Below are positions 12,123 through 30,070 of a stretch of DNA of 64,000 nucleotides, piece after piece (position 1 is the first letter of the stretch; each line of letters begins with the position of its first letter). Under the pieces are notes generated by a model that saw nothing but the letters and a program-made list of their open reading frames with translations, had not been told where the DNA came from and made no database searches. This DNA is from Escherichia coli. GTDB taxonomy: Bacteria > Pseudomonadota > Gammaproteobacteria > Enterobacterales > Enterobacteriaceae. The stretch lies in assembly GCF_044324875.1 (NCBI RefSeq), contig NZ_CP172185.1; one strand, 5' to 3'. Both the position numbers and the translations under genes were made by a program.

Positions 12123-13326
12123 ATGTCACCCTGTGAAAATGACACCCCTATAAACTGGAAACGAAACCTGATCGTCGCCTGGCTAGGCTGTTTTCTTACG
12201 GGTGCCGCCTTCAGCCTGGTAATGCCCTTCTTACCCCTCTACGTTGAGCAGCTTGGCGTTACGGGCCACTCCGCCTTGAATATGTGGTCCGGTATTGTCT
12301 TCAGCATTACATTTTTATTTTCGGCCATCGCCTCACCGTTTTGGGGTGGACTCGCCGACCGTAAAGGCCGAAAACTCATGCTATTACGCTCTGCCCTCGG
12401 CATGGGCATCGTGATGGTGTTGGCAGTTTTTGATCCTACGGGCGCTTCTTGGGTTACTTGGCGGATTTGTCCCCAACGCTAATGCTCTTATCGCCACACA
12501 AGTACCACGTAATAAAAGCGGCTGGGCGCTGGGGACGCTTTCCACAGGCGGCGTTAGCGGTGCGTTGCTCGGCCCAATGGCTGGCGGTTTGCTTGCCGAT
12601 AGCTACGGCTTACGTCCGGTATTCTTTATTACCGCCAGTGTGCTCATACTCTGCTTTTTCGTCACCCTGTTTTGCATCAGAGAAAAATTCCAGCCGGTCA
12701 GCAAAAAAGAGATGCTGCACATGCGGGAAGTGGTGACATCACTTAAAAAACCGAAACTGGTACTCAGCCTGTTTGTCACTACGTTAATCATCCAGGTGGC
12801 GACGGGCTCAATTGCCCCCATTCTGACGCTGTATGTCCGCGAACTGGCGGGTAACGTCAGTAACGTCGCCTTTATCAGTGGCATGATCGCCTCGGTGCCA
12901 GGCGTGGCGGCTCTGCTGAGTGCACCACGACTCGGCAAACTTGGCGATCGAATCGGACCCGAAAAGATCCTGATTACGGCGCTGATCTTTTCTGTACTGC
13001 TATTGATCCCAATGTCTTACGTTCAGACGCCATTACAACTTGGGATTTTACGTTTTTTGCTCGGTGCCGCCGATGGTGCACTACTCCCCGCCGTACAGAC
13101 ACTGTTGGTTTACAACTCGAGCAACCAAATCGCCGGGCGTATCTTCAGCTATAACCAGTCGTTTCGTGATATTGGAAACGTTACCGGACCATTGATGGGA
13201 GCCGCGATTTCAGCGAACTACGGTTTCAGAGCGGTATTTCTCGTCACCGCTGGCGTAGTGTTATTCAACGCAGTCTATTCATGGAACAGTCTACGTCGTC
13301 GTCGAATACCCCAGGTATCGAACTGA
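12123..13326 (+). pseudogene. mdtG: MFS efflux transporter MdtG (YceE), frame-shifted
   Basis: Two adjacent ORFs in different frames carry the N- and C-terminal parts of one MFS protein: 12123..12482, and a frame +1 ORF ending at 13326. The junction is at about 12420-12423. See findings. Confidence 0.8.
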
Positions 13327-13408
13327 TTTTTCGCCTTTCATACTTGCAAAAGCGGAGAATCAGCTATCCTTTTCCCTGAAACCTCATCAACTCAAAGGGA
13401 GAATCGTG

Positions 13409-13783
13409 ATGACCATGTACGCAACGCTTGAAGAAGCCATTGACGCTGCACGCGAAGAATTTCTTGCAGACAACCCCGGCATCGACGCCGAAGATGCGAA
13501 TGTGCAACAGTTCAATGCCCAAAAATACGTTTTGCAGGACGGCGACATCATGTGGCAAGTTGAGTTTTTTGCCGACGAAGGGGAAGAAGGTGAATGTTTA
13601 CCTATGCTTAGCGGTGAAGCCGCGCAAAGTGTCTTTGATGGCGACTATGATGAGATAGAGATCCGCCAGGAGTGGCAGGAAGAGAATACATTACATGAAT
13701 GGGACGAGGGGGAATTTCAGCTTGAGCCACCGCTGGATACCGAGGAAGGACGCGCAGCAGCTGATGAGTGGGATGAACGTTAA
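13409..13783 (+). CDS. msyB: acidic protein MsyB
   Basis: 124 aa from ATG 13409 (MTMYATLEEAIDAAREEFLADNPG...). Extremely acidic. Matches recalled MsyB. Confidence 0.93.
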   Translation: MTMYATLEEAIDAAREEFLADNPGIDAEDANVQQFNAQKYVLQDGDIMWQVEFFADEGEEGECLPMLSGEAAQSVFDGDYDEIEIRQEWQEENTLHEWDEGEFQLEPPLDTEEGRAAADEWDER

Positions 13784-14011
13784 TTACTCATACGGGCCAT
13801 GATGGATGTCGATCGGCAGCAGTAAAGTATCAAAAACCAGGGAGAATGGCAGATCAAGGATTGTGACATAACGCCAGGCGGAGTCACGCACATCCCATTG
13901 CACACCGGGATAATATTGGTTGCCATGCCCCTGCCCCGGTATAGTGCGACTAATAATGCTGCCACAGCCACTCAGCAAGGTCACCATGATGCTCACCACA
14001 ATTAAACGCAT
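13784..14011 (-). CDS. yceK: lipoprotein YceK
   Basis: 75 aa, MRLIVVSIMVTLLSGC, with a lipobox. Matches recalled YceK. Confidence 0.9.
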   Translation of the reverse strand: MRLIVVSIMVTLLSGCGSIISRTIPGQGHGNQYYPGVQWDVRDSAWRYVTILDLPFSLVFDTLLLPIDIHHGPYE

Positions 14012-14027
14012 TTGATACCTCTTCCGT

Positions 14028-14053
14028 AAAAAAATACCGGCATAACGCCGGTA
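14028..14053 (-). terminator. rho-independent terminator downstream of opgGH
   Basis: TACCGGC-ataac-GCCGGTA stem flanked by an A-run and a T-run (usable in both directions). Confidence 0.65.
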
Positions 14054-14075
14054 TTTTTATTGGCTCGTTGTTTTT

Positions 14076-14173
14076 GCCGAATGCGGCGTGAACGCCGTAT
14101 CCGACCTACAAAATCTTGCAAAATCAACACATTGCAGGAGCGATGTAGGCCTGATAAGCGTAGCGCATCAGGC
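14076..14173. repeat. REP/BIME element (two REP units)
   Basis: GCCGAATGCGGCGTGAACGCCGTATCCGACCTAC and GTAGGCCTGATAAGCGTAGCGCATCAGGC are classic E. coli REP palindromes, here in inverted orientation. Confidence 0.85.
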
Positions 14174-14183
14174 AACTACGTTT

Positions 14184-18366
<4,183 letters not shown>

Positions 18367-18648
18367 TCAGCACGCTGGCTCATGGATTAAGCACCTGATT
18401 GCAACCGTTTTCACTTTCCGTGCTTCTCCTAAAGACAGAAGCATCGACTTCGTGTAGGGTTTGCCAGCAAATTTATTTATCAACCGTCTTACAGACGCTT
18501 CCATTCTGGTTAGTGGTAGCGATGATGCTATGCATAAAAACCTTGAAGCCTGCGCCTGGCGCGGTCAGGTCGGTGTCGCTATGGCAACAAGCCTAAAGGC
18601 ATAACCCGACAGGGATAAGACGAAAAATCCGAGATTAGTTAACCATAT

Positions 18649-19806
18649 ATGAACCCAGTACCCGCGCAACGTGAATATTTCCTCGACTCCATCCGCGCCT
18701 GGCTGATGTTGTTAGGGATCCCTTTTCATATTTCTTTAATCTATTCGAGCCATACATGGCATGTGAATAGCGCCGAACCGTCATTGTGGCTGACCCTTTT
18801 TAATGACTTCATCCACTCGTTCCGCATGCAGGTATTTTTCGTTATATCCGGGTACTTTTCCTACATGCTTTTTTTACGCTATCCCTTGAAAAAATGGTGG
18901 AAAGTACGTGTCGAACGTGTAGGTATCCCGATGTTAACAGCCATCCCCCTACTGACATTACCGCAATTTATTATGCTGCAATACGTCAAAGGGAAAGCGG
19001 AAAGTTGGCCTGGCCTGTCATTGTATGACAAATATAATACGTTGGCCTGGGAATTAATATCACACCTGTGGTTTTTACTGGTGTTAGTAGTCATGACGAC
19101 GCTGTGCGTATGGATATTTAAACGCATCAGAAATAATTTAGAAAATTCTGATAAAACGAATAAAAAATTCTCGATGGTAAAACTATCGGTGATTTTTTTG
19201 TGCCTCGGCATCGGCTATGCGGTAATAAGAAGAACGATTTTTATTGTGTATCCGCCCATTCTGAGTAACGGCATGTTCAATTTTATTGTCATGCAAACGC
19301 TATTTTATTTGCCGTTCTTTATCCTCGGCGCACTGGCTTTCATTTTCCCTCATCTTAAAACCTTGTTTACCACGCCGTCTCGTGGCTGTACCCTTGCAGC
19401 AGCATTGGCATTTGTCGCTTACTTACTCAACCAGCGCTATGGCAGTGGCGATGCCTGGATGTACGAAACCGAGTCGGTGATCACCATGGTCCTCGGTCTG
19501 TGGATGGTGAATGTGGTCTTCTCCTTCGGCCACCGTTTGCTTAACTTCCAGTCAGCGCGGGTGACTTACTTTGTTAATGCATCGCTGTTTATCTATCTGG
19601 TTCACCACCCGTTAACGCTGTTTTTCGGCGCGTACATTACACCGCACATCACATCCAACTGGCTTGGTTTTCTCTGTGGCCTGATATTCGTAGTAGGGAT
19701 TGCGATAATTCTGTATGAAATTCATTTACGCATCCCGTTACTGAAGTTTTTGTTCTCTGGTAAACCGGTTGTTAAGCGTGAGAACGATAAAGCACCAGCC
19801 CGTTAA
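18649..19806 (+). CDS. opgC: OPG succinyltransferase (acyltransferase-3 family)
   Basis: 385-aa multi-[28 protein letters not shown]..., divergent from opgGH. Matches recalled MdoC. Confidence 0.94.
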   Translation: MNPVPAQREYFLDSIRAWLMLLGIPFHISLIYSSHTWHVNSAEPSLWLTLFNDFIHSFRMQVFFVISGYFSYMLFLRYPLKKWWKVRVERVGIPMLTAIPLLTLPQFIMLQYVKGKAESWPGLSLYDKYNTLAWELISHLWFLLVLVVMTTLCVWIFKRIRNNLENSDKTNKKFSMVKLSVIFLCLGIGYAVIRRTIFIVYPPILSNGMFNFIVMQTLFYLPFFILGALAFIFPHLKTLFTTPSRGCTLAAALAFVAYLLNQRYGSGDAWMYETESVITMVLGLWMVNVVFSFGHRLLNFQSARVTYFVNASLFIYLVHHPLTLFFGAYITPHITSNWLGFLCGLIFVVGIAIILYEIHLRIPLLKFLFSGKPVVKRENDKAPAR

Positions 19807-19813
19807 GCCGCGT

Positions 19814-21244
19814 TTATAATAACCATTCCATGGGCAATATCGATGCCAGTCTGACCATAACCCGCTTCCAGAAACTGGTGGCGGGTTCTTTTTTGAGAAC
19901 AATTTCTTTCTTTGCATGACGATCAACCCAGTTGATCCGTCCCCACCTGTCCAGACGGAGCTGCCAGGCCGCATCATACTGGCTCTGAATAAAGCGTTTA
20001 TCAATTAACTGTGCCAGCGTTTCGCTCTCTATCACGAACCCCATTTCAGTATTGAGCAATGTCGAACGCGGATCGAAATTGAAAGAGCCGATAAACACCG
20101 TTTTACCATCGATGCTAAAGGTTTTAGCATGCAGGCTGGCACCGGAATTACCGGTTATGCCGCGATCGTGTAACGTACTACTTTGTTCACGCGTCGGCTT
20201 GAGTTCATATAATTCCACGCCGTAGCGGAGCAATTTTTTGCGCCAGCGCGCGTATCCGGCATGGACGACAGCAACATCGTTAGCGGCAAGAGAATTGGTT
20301 AGGATCGCAATCTTTACCCCTTTTCTCACCATCCGTAAGAGTTGCGCCACACCTGCGCGTGTCGGTACAAAATAGGAAGAGATAATATCGATGCGTTCAC
20401 TGGGTGAGCCCATGATATCGAACAGGCGCTGCGGTAACAGTGAATGCCGTTTTGCCTTGCCCTCCCCTTTCGCCGGATCATCACTTAATAAACGTGTTTT
20501 CGCCCAGATAAGCGGCAACGTTCCATCAACCAGATGATTTATAAACGGGCTGGATTCCATTTTGCGTAAATAACGATGCGTCATGGCATCGTTGTGCCAG
20601 GATGCTGGTAACTCGATGCGATCCGCCATTTCACCTTCCGGGACATCCAGCACCTGCTGTAGGGGTGAAACCGATTTGCAATACCAGTAGCGGGCGAAAT
20701 CATCGGCAACGTCCTCTACAACTGGTCCTATTGCCATGACATCTAAATCCGAAAAAAGTGGCTCTTCCCCTGCCCCAAAATAGGCATCACCAATATTTCG
20801 TCCTCCCACCAGGGTAACCACGCCATCAACAGTGAAACTTTTATTGTGCATACGGCGATTGAGACGGGAAAAGTCGGTGATATAACCAAGCGGACGTAGC
20901 AAGCGAAACGAGAAAGGATTAAAAAGCCGGACTTCAATGCGGGGATGACTGTCAAGCAAGCGTAAAATGTCGTCAAGTCCGGGTGTATTGTTGTCGTCCA
21001 GCAACAAACGGACGCGAACGCCACGCTTTGCTGCGGCTAACAGGGCGGAAAACAGTAACCGACCCGACATATCGTCCTGCCAGATGTAATACTGAACATC
21101 CAGCGTATGCTCTGCCATTTCGGCCAGACGATACCGGGCGGCAAACGCATCCAGACTTTTCTCCAGAGGAAAAAGGCCACACTGACCGGGATGTTGCGAA
21201 CACAGTGGCAGCACCGCGCTCGCCAGCCGGGGCAAATCATTCAT
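19814..21244 (-). CDS. clsC: cardiolipin synthase C (PLD family)
   Basis: Two HKD motifs ([22 protein letters not shown]). Start placed at ATG 21244, overlapping the ymdB stop. TTG 21235 or upstream ATG 21304 are also possible. Confidence 0.9.
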   Translation of the reverse strand: MNDLPRLASAVLPLCSQHPGQCGLFPLEKSLDAFAARYRLAEMAEHTLDVQYYIWQDDMSGRLLFSALLAAAKRGVRVRLLLDDNNTPGLDDILRLLDSHPRIEVRLFNPFSFRLLRPLGYITDFSRLNRRMHNKSFTVDGVVTLVGGRNIGDAYFGAGEEPLFSDLDVMAIGPVVEDVADDFARYWYCKSVSPLQQVLDVPEGEMADRIELPASWHNDAMTHRYLRKMESSPFINHLVDGTLPLIWAKTRLLSDDPAKGEGKAKRHSLLPQRLFDIMGSPSERIDIISSYFVPTRAGVAQLLRMVRKGVKIAILTNSLAANDVAVVHAGYARWRKKLLRYGVELYELKPTREQSSTLHDRGITGNSGASLHAKTFSIDGKTVFIGSFNFDPRSTLLNTEMGFVIESETLAQLIDKRFIQSQYDAAWQLRLDRWGRINWVDRHAKKEIVLKKEPATSFWKRVMVRLASILPMEWLL

Positions 21245-21770
21245 CTCCTTGTTGAGTAAGGAGTCTTTCGTAGAGGTGGGCGTTTTCTTCATCATAACAG
21301 ACAAAGTATACCTGTTCGGGTAAAGCGTGACGGGTAATAAATTCTGAAACGGTTTTTACTGCGATTTCAGCCGCTGCCGCACGAGGGTAACCATAAACTC
21401 CAGTACTGATTGCAGGAAAAGCCACTGACGTATAGCTGTTTGCTGCCACCAGTCGCAGGCTATTGAGATAGGCATCCTGCAAAAGCTGGTCTTCGTTTTG
21501 TTCACCACCACGCCAGACTGGCCCGACGGTGTGCACTACGGCTTTCGCAGGAAGATCGCCTGCAAGCGTAATAACGGCATGCCCCGTAGGGCAATCGCCC
21601 TGCTGCTGCCTGACTTTTAAACAGGCATCCAGCAGGGCCGGACCCGCTGCGCGATGAATGGCCCCATCGACGCCGCCGCCTCCCATTAATGACGGATTAG
21701 CCGCATTCACAATCACATCAACGGCCAGTTTGGTAATATCACCCTGCACAACATGAATACGCGTTTTCAT
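21237..21770 (-). CDS. ymdB: O-acetyl-ADP-ribose deacetylase (macrodomain)
   Basis: 177 aa, [25 protein letters not shown]..., macro domain. Matches recalled YmdB. Confidence 0.95.
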
Positions 21771-21864
21771 AACGCCTCCTTACACCTTCTTGTTTCTTAA
21801 GTGTACAGCAGGCTTTTTGGTTAAATCGCATTTTTCTGCTCAGCAACGTGAGTTGTTCAGAAAC

Positions 21865-22199
<335 letters not shown>

Positions 22200-22205
22200 A
22201 TCATC

Positions 22206-22629
<424 letters not shown>

Positions 22630-22687
22630 ATTCTTCTCCCGAAAAAAAACAGGGCTTGCGCCCTGTTTCTTTAATACAGAGGATGTA

Positions 22688-23146
22688 TTAGTACTGATGA
22701 GCGGTCGCGTTGTTACCAAAGCCAACCTGAGTGACGTTAACGCTGGAGTTAGATGCAGTCTGGTCAACAGCAGCACCGTTACCGCCACCGAACTGTTTAA
22801 CTGTCATATGAGAGTCTTTACCGTTCCACTGATCAAGAGTGGCGCTGTTACCAAAGCCACGTTGGGTCAGATCGATTGAGCTGTCATCTGAGCCCTGACC
22901 AACATCTGCACCGTTACCACCACCATGCTGGGTAATAGTAAGATCAGAGTTACGAGCATCAGCTTGCAGAGCAAGTGCAGAGTTACCACCACCGTACTGA
23001 TAAATATTCAGCTCTGAATTCGGGCCGCTGTTATTACCGCCACCACCGTGGTTACCGCCACCGCCGCCGTACTGAGGAACAACACCTGCCAGAGCGCTAC
23101 CGGAGAATACGATTGCTGCAATTGCTGCTACTTTTAAAAGTTTCAT
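22688..23146 (-). CDS. csgA: major curlin subunit CsgA
   Basis: 152 aa. Signal peptide plus five S-X5-Q-X-G-X-G-N-X-A-X3-Q type repeats. Ends ...NATAHQY. Confidence 0.96.
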   Translation of the reverse strand: MKLLKVAAIAAIVFSGSALAGVVPQYGGGGGNHGGGGNNSGPNSELNIYQYGGGNSALALQADARNSDLTITQHGGGNGADVGQGSDDSSIDLTQRGFGNSATLDQWNGKDSHMTVKQFGGGNGAAVDQTASNSSVNVTQVGFGNNATAHQY

Positions 23147-23186
23147 GTAAAACCCCCATCGGATTGATTTAAAAGTCGAATGGAAA

Positions 23187-23642
23187 TTAACGTTGTGTCA
23201 CGCGAATAGCCATTTGCGACTGTCTCTGCACTACAATTGCCGTTTTTTGAGTACCATACTGTGTAATATTTGCTTTATTACCAGAACCTTTCTGGATAAT
23301 CATCGCAGTATTACCATAAGCACCTTGCGAAATACTGGCATCGTTGGCATTGCCCGCCTGATCAATATATGCAAGGTTATAATCTCCTGTCTGGTCAATC
23401 TTTGCCCGGTTGCTACTACCTTCTTGCGCAACAACCGCCAAAAGTTTTGAGCCTCCCTGCCGTAACTGAGCACTATTATTAGTCCCAGCTTGACCAATTA
23501 TGGCTGCCTGATTAAATGAAGACTTACTCAATTCATTTACCGCGAAGTTATATTCTGAATTAGCTAAATCATAACCTGCTGCGGCTGCAATCCCAGGCGC
23601 ACCCAGTATTGTTAACATCATAAATAACAATTTGTTTTTCAT
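23187..23642 (-). CDS. csgB: minor curlin (nucleator) subunit CsgB
   Basis: Track ORF to 23669 trimmed to ATG 23642 (MKNKLLFMMLTILGAPGIAAA...). 151 aa. Confidence 0.95.
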   Translation of the reverse strand: MKNKLLFMMLTILGAPGIAAAAGYDLANSEYNFAVNELSKSSFNQAAIIGQAGTNNSAQLRQGGSKLLAVVAQEGSSNRAKIDQTGDYNLAYIDQAGNANDASISQGAYGNTAMIIQKGSGNKANITQYGTQKTAIVVQRQSQMAIRVTQR

Positions 23643-24396
23643 GTTGTCACCCTGGACCTGGTCGTACATTTAAGAAATTAAATCATTTCAACTTGGTTGT
23701 TAACGCAACCTGTATTTTGTTAACGCTGCGTTACGATGGAAAGTATGTCTGCGGAAATATTTTTAATAACTCACCCGCGCGTTGTATTTTTCTTTTTTTG
23801 TTCATACCAAAGTATTAAAACCCACGTAAATACGCTGTTATCTACGCAAAAAAATATTTTGTTTTCTTTTAAATCTCCGTTTTCCGCAATCAAAAATCAC
23901 CATACAGCCATTCTTCTTGCCCGTCGCTGATTGCTGCGATATGTCTTGCGCACAAGCCGTGACAAACCTCGTCTTTTTGCAGTAAAAAATTGTCCACGGT
24001 GGTGTAGAGAAAAAACAAGAACGTTTTACATGACGAAAGGACTACACCGAAATATTTTTTATATGCATTATTAGCAAGTTAGCACCATTTGTATGATTTT
24101 TTAAAATTGTGCAATAAAAACCAAATGTACAACTTTTCTATCATTTCTAAACTTAATAAAACCTTAAGATTAACATTTTAATATAACGAGTTACATTTAG
24201 TTACATGTTTAACACTTGATTTAAGATTTGTAATGGCTAGATTGAAATCAGATGTAATCCATTAGTTTTATATTTTACCCATTTAGGGCTGATTTATTAC
24301 TACACACAGCAGTGCAACATCTGTCAGTACTTCTGGTGCTTCTATTTTAGAGGCAGCTGTCAGGTGTGCGATCAATAAAAAAAGCGGGGTTTCATC
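23643..24396. promoter_or_regulatory. csgBAC-csgDEFG divergent control region
   Basis: 754-bp AT-rich intergenic region between divergent csgB and csgD. The direct repeat GTTACATTTAGTTACATGTTTAAC at 24190-24213 corresponds to the OmpR-binding region as I recall it. The long csgD leader is a known sRNA target. Confidence 0.85.
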
Positions 24397-25047
<651 letters not shown>

Positions 25048-25051
25048 AGCC

Positions 25052-25441
25052 ATGAAACGTTATTTACGCTGGATTGTGGCGGCAGAATTTCTGTTCGCCG
25101 CAGGGAATCTTCACGCCGTTGAGGTAGAAGTCCCGGGATTGTTAACTGACCATACTGTTTCATCTATTGGCCATGATTTTTACCGAGCCTTTAGTGATAA
25201 ATGGGAAAGTGACTATACGGGTAACTTAACGATTAATGAAAGGCCCAGTGCACGATGGGGAAGTTGGATCACAATAACGGTCAATCAGGACGTTATTTTC
25301 CAGACTTTTTTATTCCCGTTGAAAAGAGACTTCGAGAAAACTGTCGTCTTTGCACTGATTCAAACTGAAGAAGCACTAAATCGTCGCCAGATAAATCAGG
25401 CGTTATTAAGTACGGGCGATTTGGCGCATGATGAATTCTAA
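25052..25441 (+). CDS. csgE: curli secretion specificity factor CsgE
   Basis: 129 aa with a signal peptide. Matches recalled CsgE. Confidence 0.95.
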
Positions 25442-25465
25442 ATAAAAAATTGTTCGGAGGCTGCA

Positions 25466-25882
25466 ATGCGTGTCAAACATGCAGTAGTTCTACTCATGCT
25501 TATTTCGCCATTAAGTTGGGCTGGAACCATGACTTTCCAGTTCCGTAATCCAAACTTTGGTGGTAACCCAAATAATGGCGCTTTTTTATTAAATAGCGCT
25601 CAGGCCCAAAACTCTTATAAAGATCCGAGCTATAACGATGACTTTGGTATTGAAACACCCTCAGCGTTAGATAACTTTACTCAGGCCATCCAGTCACAAA
25701 TTTTAGGTGGGCTACTGTCGAATATTAATACCGGTAAACCGGGCCGCATGGTGACCAACGATTATATTGTTGATATTGCTAACCGCGATGGTCAATTGCA
25801 GTTGAACGTGACAGATCGTAAAACCGGACAAACCTCGACCATCCAGGTTTCGGGTTTACAAAATAACTCAACCGATTTTTAA
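25466..25882 (+). CDS. csgF: curli nucleation/assembly factor CsgF
   Basis: 138 aa with a signal peptide. Matches recalled CsgF. Confidence 0.95.
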
Positions 25883-25908
25883 GCCCCAGCTTCATAAGGA
25901 AAATAATC

Positions 25909-26742
25909 ATGCAGCGCTTATTTCTTTTGGTTGCCGTCATGTTACTGAGCGGATGCTTAACCGCCCCGCCTAAAGAAGCCGCCAGACCGACATTAATGCC
26001 TCGTGCTCAGAGCTACAAAGATTTGACCCATCTGCCTGCGCCGACGGGTAAGATCTTTGTTTCGGTATACAACATTCAGGACGAAACCGGGCAATTTAAA
26101 CCCTACCCGGCAAGTAACTTCTCCACTGCTGTTCCGCAAAGCGCCACGGCAATGCTGGTCACGGCATTGAAAGATTCTCGCTGGTTTATACCGCTGGAGC
26201 GTCAGGGCTTACAAAACCTTCTTAACGAGCGCAAGATTATTCGGGCGGCACAAGAAAACGGCACAGTTGCCATTAATAACCGAATCCCGCTGCAATCTTT
26301 AACGGCGGCAAATATCATGGTTGAAGGTTCGATTATCGGTTATGAAAGCAACGTTAAATCGGGCGGTGTTGGGGCAAGATATTTTGGGATCGGTGCCGAC
26401 ACGCAATACCAGCTCGATCAGATTGCCGTGAACCTGCGTGTCGTCAATGTGAGTACCGGTGAGATCCTCTCCTCGGTGAACACCAGTAAGACGATACTTT
26501 CCTATGAAGTTCAGGCCGGGGTTTTCCGCTTTATTGACTACCAGCGCTTGCTGGAAGGGGAAGTGGGTTACACCTCGAACGAACCCGTTATGCTGTGCCT
26601 GATGTCGGCTATCGAAACAGGCGTCATTTTCCTGATTAATGATGGTATCGACCGCGGTCTTTGGGATTTGCAGAACAAAGCAGAACGGCAGAATGACATT
26701 CTGGTGAAATACCGCCATATGTCGGTTCCACCGGAATCCTGA
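25909..26742 (+). CDS. csgG: curli secretion channel lipoprotein CsgG
   Basis: 277 aa. Lipobox LLSGC. Matches recalled CsgG. Confidence 0.96.
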   Translation: MQRLFLLVAVMLLSGCLTAPPKEAARPTLMPRAQSYKDLTHLPAPTGKIFVSVYNIQDETGQFKPYPASNFSTAVPQSATAMLVTALKDSRWFIPLERQGLQNLLNERKIIRAAQENGTVAINNRIPLQSLTAANIMVEGSIIGYESNVKSGGVGARYFGIGADTQYQLDQIAVNLRVVNVSTGEILSSVNTSKTILSYEVQAGVFRFIDYQRLLEGEVGYTSNEPVMLCLMSAIETGVIFLINDGIDRGLWDLQNKAERQNDILVKYRHMSVPPES

Positions 26743-26749
26743 TAGATAA

Positions 26750-26780
26750 AAATGCCGGAATTATCATCCGGCATTTTACT
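26750..26780 (+). terminator. terminator after csgG
   Basis: AAATGCCGGA-attatca-TCCGGCATTT followed by T-rich sequence. Confidence 0.65.
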
Positions 26781-26805
26781 GTTTAAGCGAAAGCGTGAGT
26801 GCCCC

Positions 26806-27297
26806 TCACGCTTTATTTTTGATTTGCTGCTCACGGTGAGCGGTCTTCGTACTACGCGCCGCCAGCCACAGGCCGCTGTTTTTCATTGCGTAACCAAATA
26901 CCAGTCCAAGCGCCAGCGAAGGTAACACCAGTTTCCAGTCACCCTGCCCGGCAAACGTCGCGCATGCGCCTATAAACGTCCCCGGAACAAATGAAAGCAA
27001 CAGCTGTTTCGCCTGAATACACATCAGAAACGCGACAATACCGGTTATGACATAACCGAGAATTTCCAGATGTGGTGCCAGTGCACTACCGTAAATAATG
27101 ACCATCGCCCACACCACGCCACTAAGCAGGGTTGCAGCGGAGATCGCCAGCCCTTTCAGCCCACCTTGCGGGCAGGCAAAGTAGGCCGTACAGCCCAGGA
27201 AGCCCGCCCAGCTTAGTAAGCCCAGGGAAACAGCCACCCATCCCCAGATACCGGAGAGAATGCCTGTTGTGATTGCAATAGAGAGAAGTATGTTCAT
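26806..27297 (-). CDS. ycdZ: DUF1097 inner membrane protein YcdZ
   Basis: Track ORF to 27345 trimmed to ATG 27297 (MNILLSIAITTGILSGIWGW...). 163 aa. Confidence 0.9.
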   Translation of the reverse strand: MNILLSIAITTGILSGIWGWVAVSLGLLSWAGFLGCTAYFACPQGGLKGLAISAATLLSGVVWAMVIIYGSALAPHLEILGYVITGIVAFLMCIQAKQLLLSFVPGTFIGACATFAGQGDWKLVLPSLALGLVFGYAMKNSGLWLAARSTKTAHREQQIKNKA

Positions 27298-27398
27298 GCC
27301 GCGCATGATAGCAGAAAACGCGGCCATGAATGAGATCGAGCACACATTTTATGCAACAACAAATTATCTGTTGCAGTTATGAGTGATGCAGATCACAT

Positions 27399-27953
27399 TT
27401 ACTCTTCAGAATCTTCTTCCAGCTCGTCCCACATTGCACTAATAGCATCGCGGGTTAGCGGTGCCATGGTGCGCCAGAAAGGCGTAGTTGCATGGGCCTC
27501 CACTTTGCCAAGGAACGCACCACACCAGGGTAACAGATACTCACTGAACAGTGTTTCCAGTGCTTCGCTCTCATCTTCCGTTGACTGATCTTCCAGCCAG
27601 GAAGCCGCGAGCAGCAATGTGCCGATGTGATCGGCTGGCGTATCCGCTAATGGCATCCCCCGTTCGGAAAGAAAAGCGCGCACTTCCGCTTCCGTCGCGC
27701 CCTCAACCCATGCGCTACGATATGGCGGCACAGCACATTCATCGCCGATAAACAACGCATTGTAATCGGCAGAGACTTGCGCCATATCACAGCTTTTCTG
27801 TAAACGCGTCAGTAACTCATCCTGCTCCAGTGGCCAGTTCGCAGCCAGTTTCCCCTCACGAATCAGGGTAAACAGCGGCACCAGTAAAGGATCTTGCGGT
27901 TGGCGGTAATAGAGCGAACCCAGCACACGACAGAGGATAGAAAACTCGTTCAT
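27399..27953 (-). CDS. ycdY: TorD-family redox-enzyme maturation chaperone YcdY
   Basis: 184 aa, MNEFSILCRVLGSLYYRQPQDPLL..., matches recalled YcdY. Confidence 0.93.
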   Translation of the reverse strand: MNEFSILCRVLGSLYYRQPQDPLLVPLFTLIREGKLAANWPLEQDELLTRLQKSCDMAQVSADYNALFIGDECAVPPYRSAWVEGATEAEVRAFLSERGMPLADTPADHIGTLLLAASWLEDQSTEDESEALETLFSEYLLPWCGAFLGKVEAHATTPFWRTMAPLTRDAISAMWDELEEDSEE

Positions 27954-27976
27954 TAATATATTTCCATTACTAGTAA

Positions 27977-28714
27977 TTAAAGGTCTGCAAATTCCGCAAT
28001 CGGTGCCATACCGCGAGATTCAAGGAAGTTCAGTAAGCGGCGCGGAGAAACATTCAAAATGCGCTCTGGCGGAAAATCTACCGCGTCGAGGATTTTAAGA
28101 CACTCTTCAAATTCACCCATGGTAAACGCGGTGTGAGAATCCGAACCTAATGCCACCCAACCTCCAGCGTCACGTACCGCTGCGGCTACCGCACGACAGT
28201 TGTCTTCACTGCCCTTACGTGAGTGTAAAAATGAGGAATTATTGATTTCCAGCGCCACCTGATGTTTCGCAGCTGCTTCAGCAACGGCTTTAACATCTAT
28301 TTCATATTTCGGATTTCCGGGATGGCTTATTATATGCACATTGCCGCTGGCGATAGTGGCGATCATCGCTTGCGTATTAGTCGCTTTGTCATGCGGCGCA
28401 AACACCGGCTCATGAAAACCGGCAATAATCAGATCCAGCGAATCAAACATTTTGCCACTGCAGTCAATTTCACCGTCAACATTTTTAATGTTAGCTTCGA
28501 TGCCGCGCAGGATCCCAACCCCATCAACCACTCGCGGCCAGATACGCATGTTAATGAAGTGCCAGTGATGCGGCGCATCTTCCATATCCGGGCCATGATC
28601 GGTGATCGCAAAAAGTTTAATGCCCTTTTGTTTGGCCTGGGCAATGTAATCACTCAATGTGCTATATGCATGCGTGCTGGCAACGGTATGCATATGAAGG
28701 TCGACGGGATACAT
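27977..28714 (-). CDS. ycdX: PHP-family zinc phosphatase YcdX
   Basis: 245 aa. The [18 protein letters not shown] motif is typical of PHP domains. Confidence 0.94.
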
Positions 28715-28768
28715 AACTCTCTCCTGTATTCAATTCCCGCCAAGGATAGCAGGAAACCTGATGCTTTA

Positions 28769-29746
<978 letters not shown>

Positions 29747-29877
29747 TTATCGTTATGATCTACAAAGACCACCAGCATAACAAATCCGTGGTCGGTGGCA
29801 AAAAAAGCAGATTTCGCTTATTAAAACTGCATATTGATTGAAGTTTGAATAAACGCGCGATTTTTTAAAAAAGTTTG

Positions 29878-29906
29878 TTGACCTCAGGTCATGATTTCCC
29901 TAAATT
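29878..29906 (+). promoter_or_regulatory. serX promoter
   Basis: TTGACC, a 17-nt spacer, then TAAATT. An A/T-rich UP-like tract lies upstream and a GC-rich discriminator (AGCGCCCG) downstream. About 35 nt upstream of the tRNA. Confidence 0.65.
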
Positions 29907-29940
29907 AGCGCCCGTTCCAGCAAGACAGGAACGACAATTT

Positions 29941-30028
29941 GGTGAGGTGTCCGAGTGGCTGAAGGAGCACGCCTGGAAAGTGTGTATACGGCAACGTATC
30001 GGGGGTTCGAATCCCCCCCTCACCGCCA
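29941..30028 (+). tRNA. serX: tRNA-Ser (anticodon GGA)
   Basis: 88 nt, GGTGAGGTGTCCGAGTGG...TTCGAATCCCCCCCTCACCGCCA. Long variable arm, anticodon loop CUGGAAA, encoded CCA. Confidence 0.95.
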
Positions 30029-30036
30029 GATATTGA

Positions 30037-30070
30037 GCGCATGTTATTGTTTAACATGCGCTTTTTTTTA
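30037..30070 (+). terminator. rho-independent terminator after serX
   Basis: GCGCATGTTA-ttgtt-TAACATGCGC followed by TTTTTTTT. Confidence 0.8.

Noticed and set aside
22630-22788. Upstream extension of the csgC ORF (track 22297..22788) overlapping the end of csgA
   Set aside because: The extension has no homology and overlaps csgA. ATG 22629 gives the canonical 110-aa CsgC with its signal peptide.
22688-23146. Internal repeats and Gly runs in csgA, and the one-residue length difference from the K-12 protein
   Set aside because: These are the known curlin R1-R5 repeats plus ordinary allelic variation. Nothing unexplained remains.
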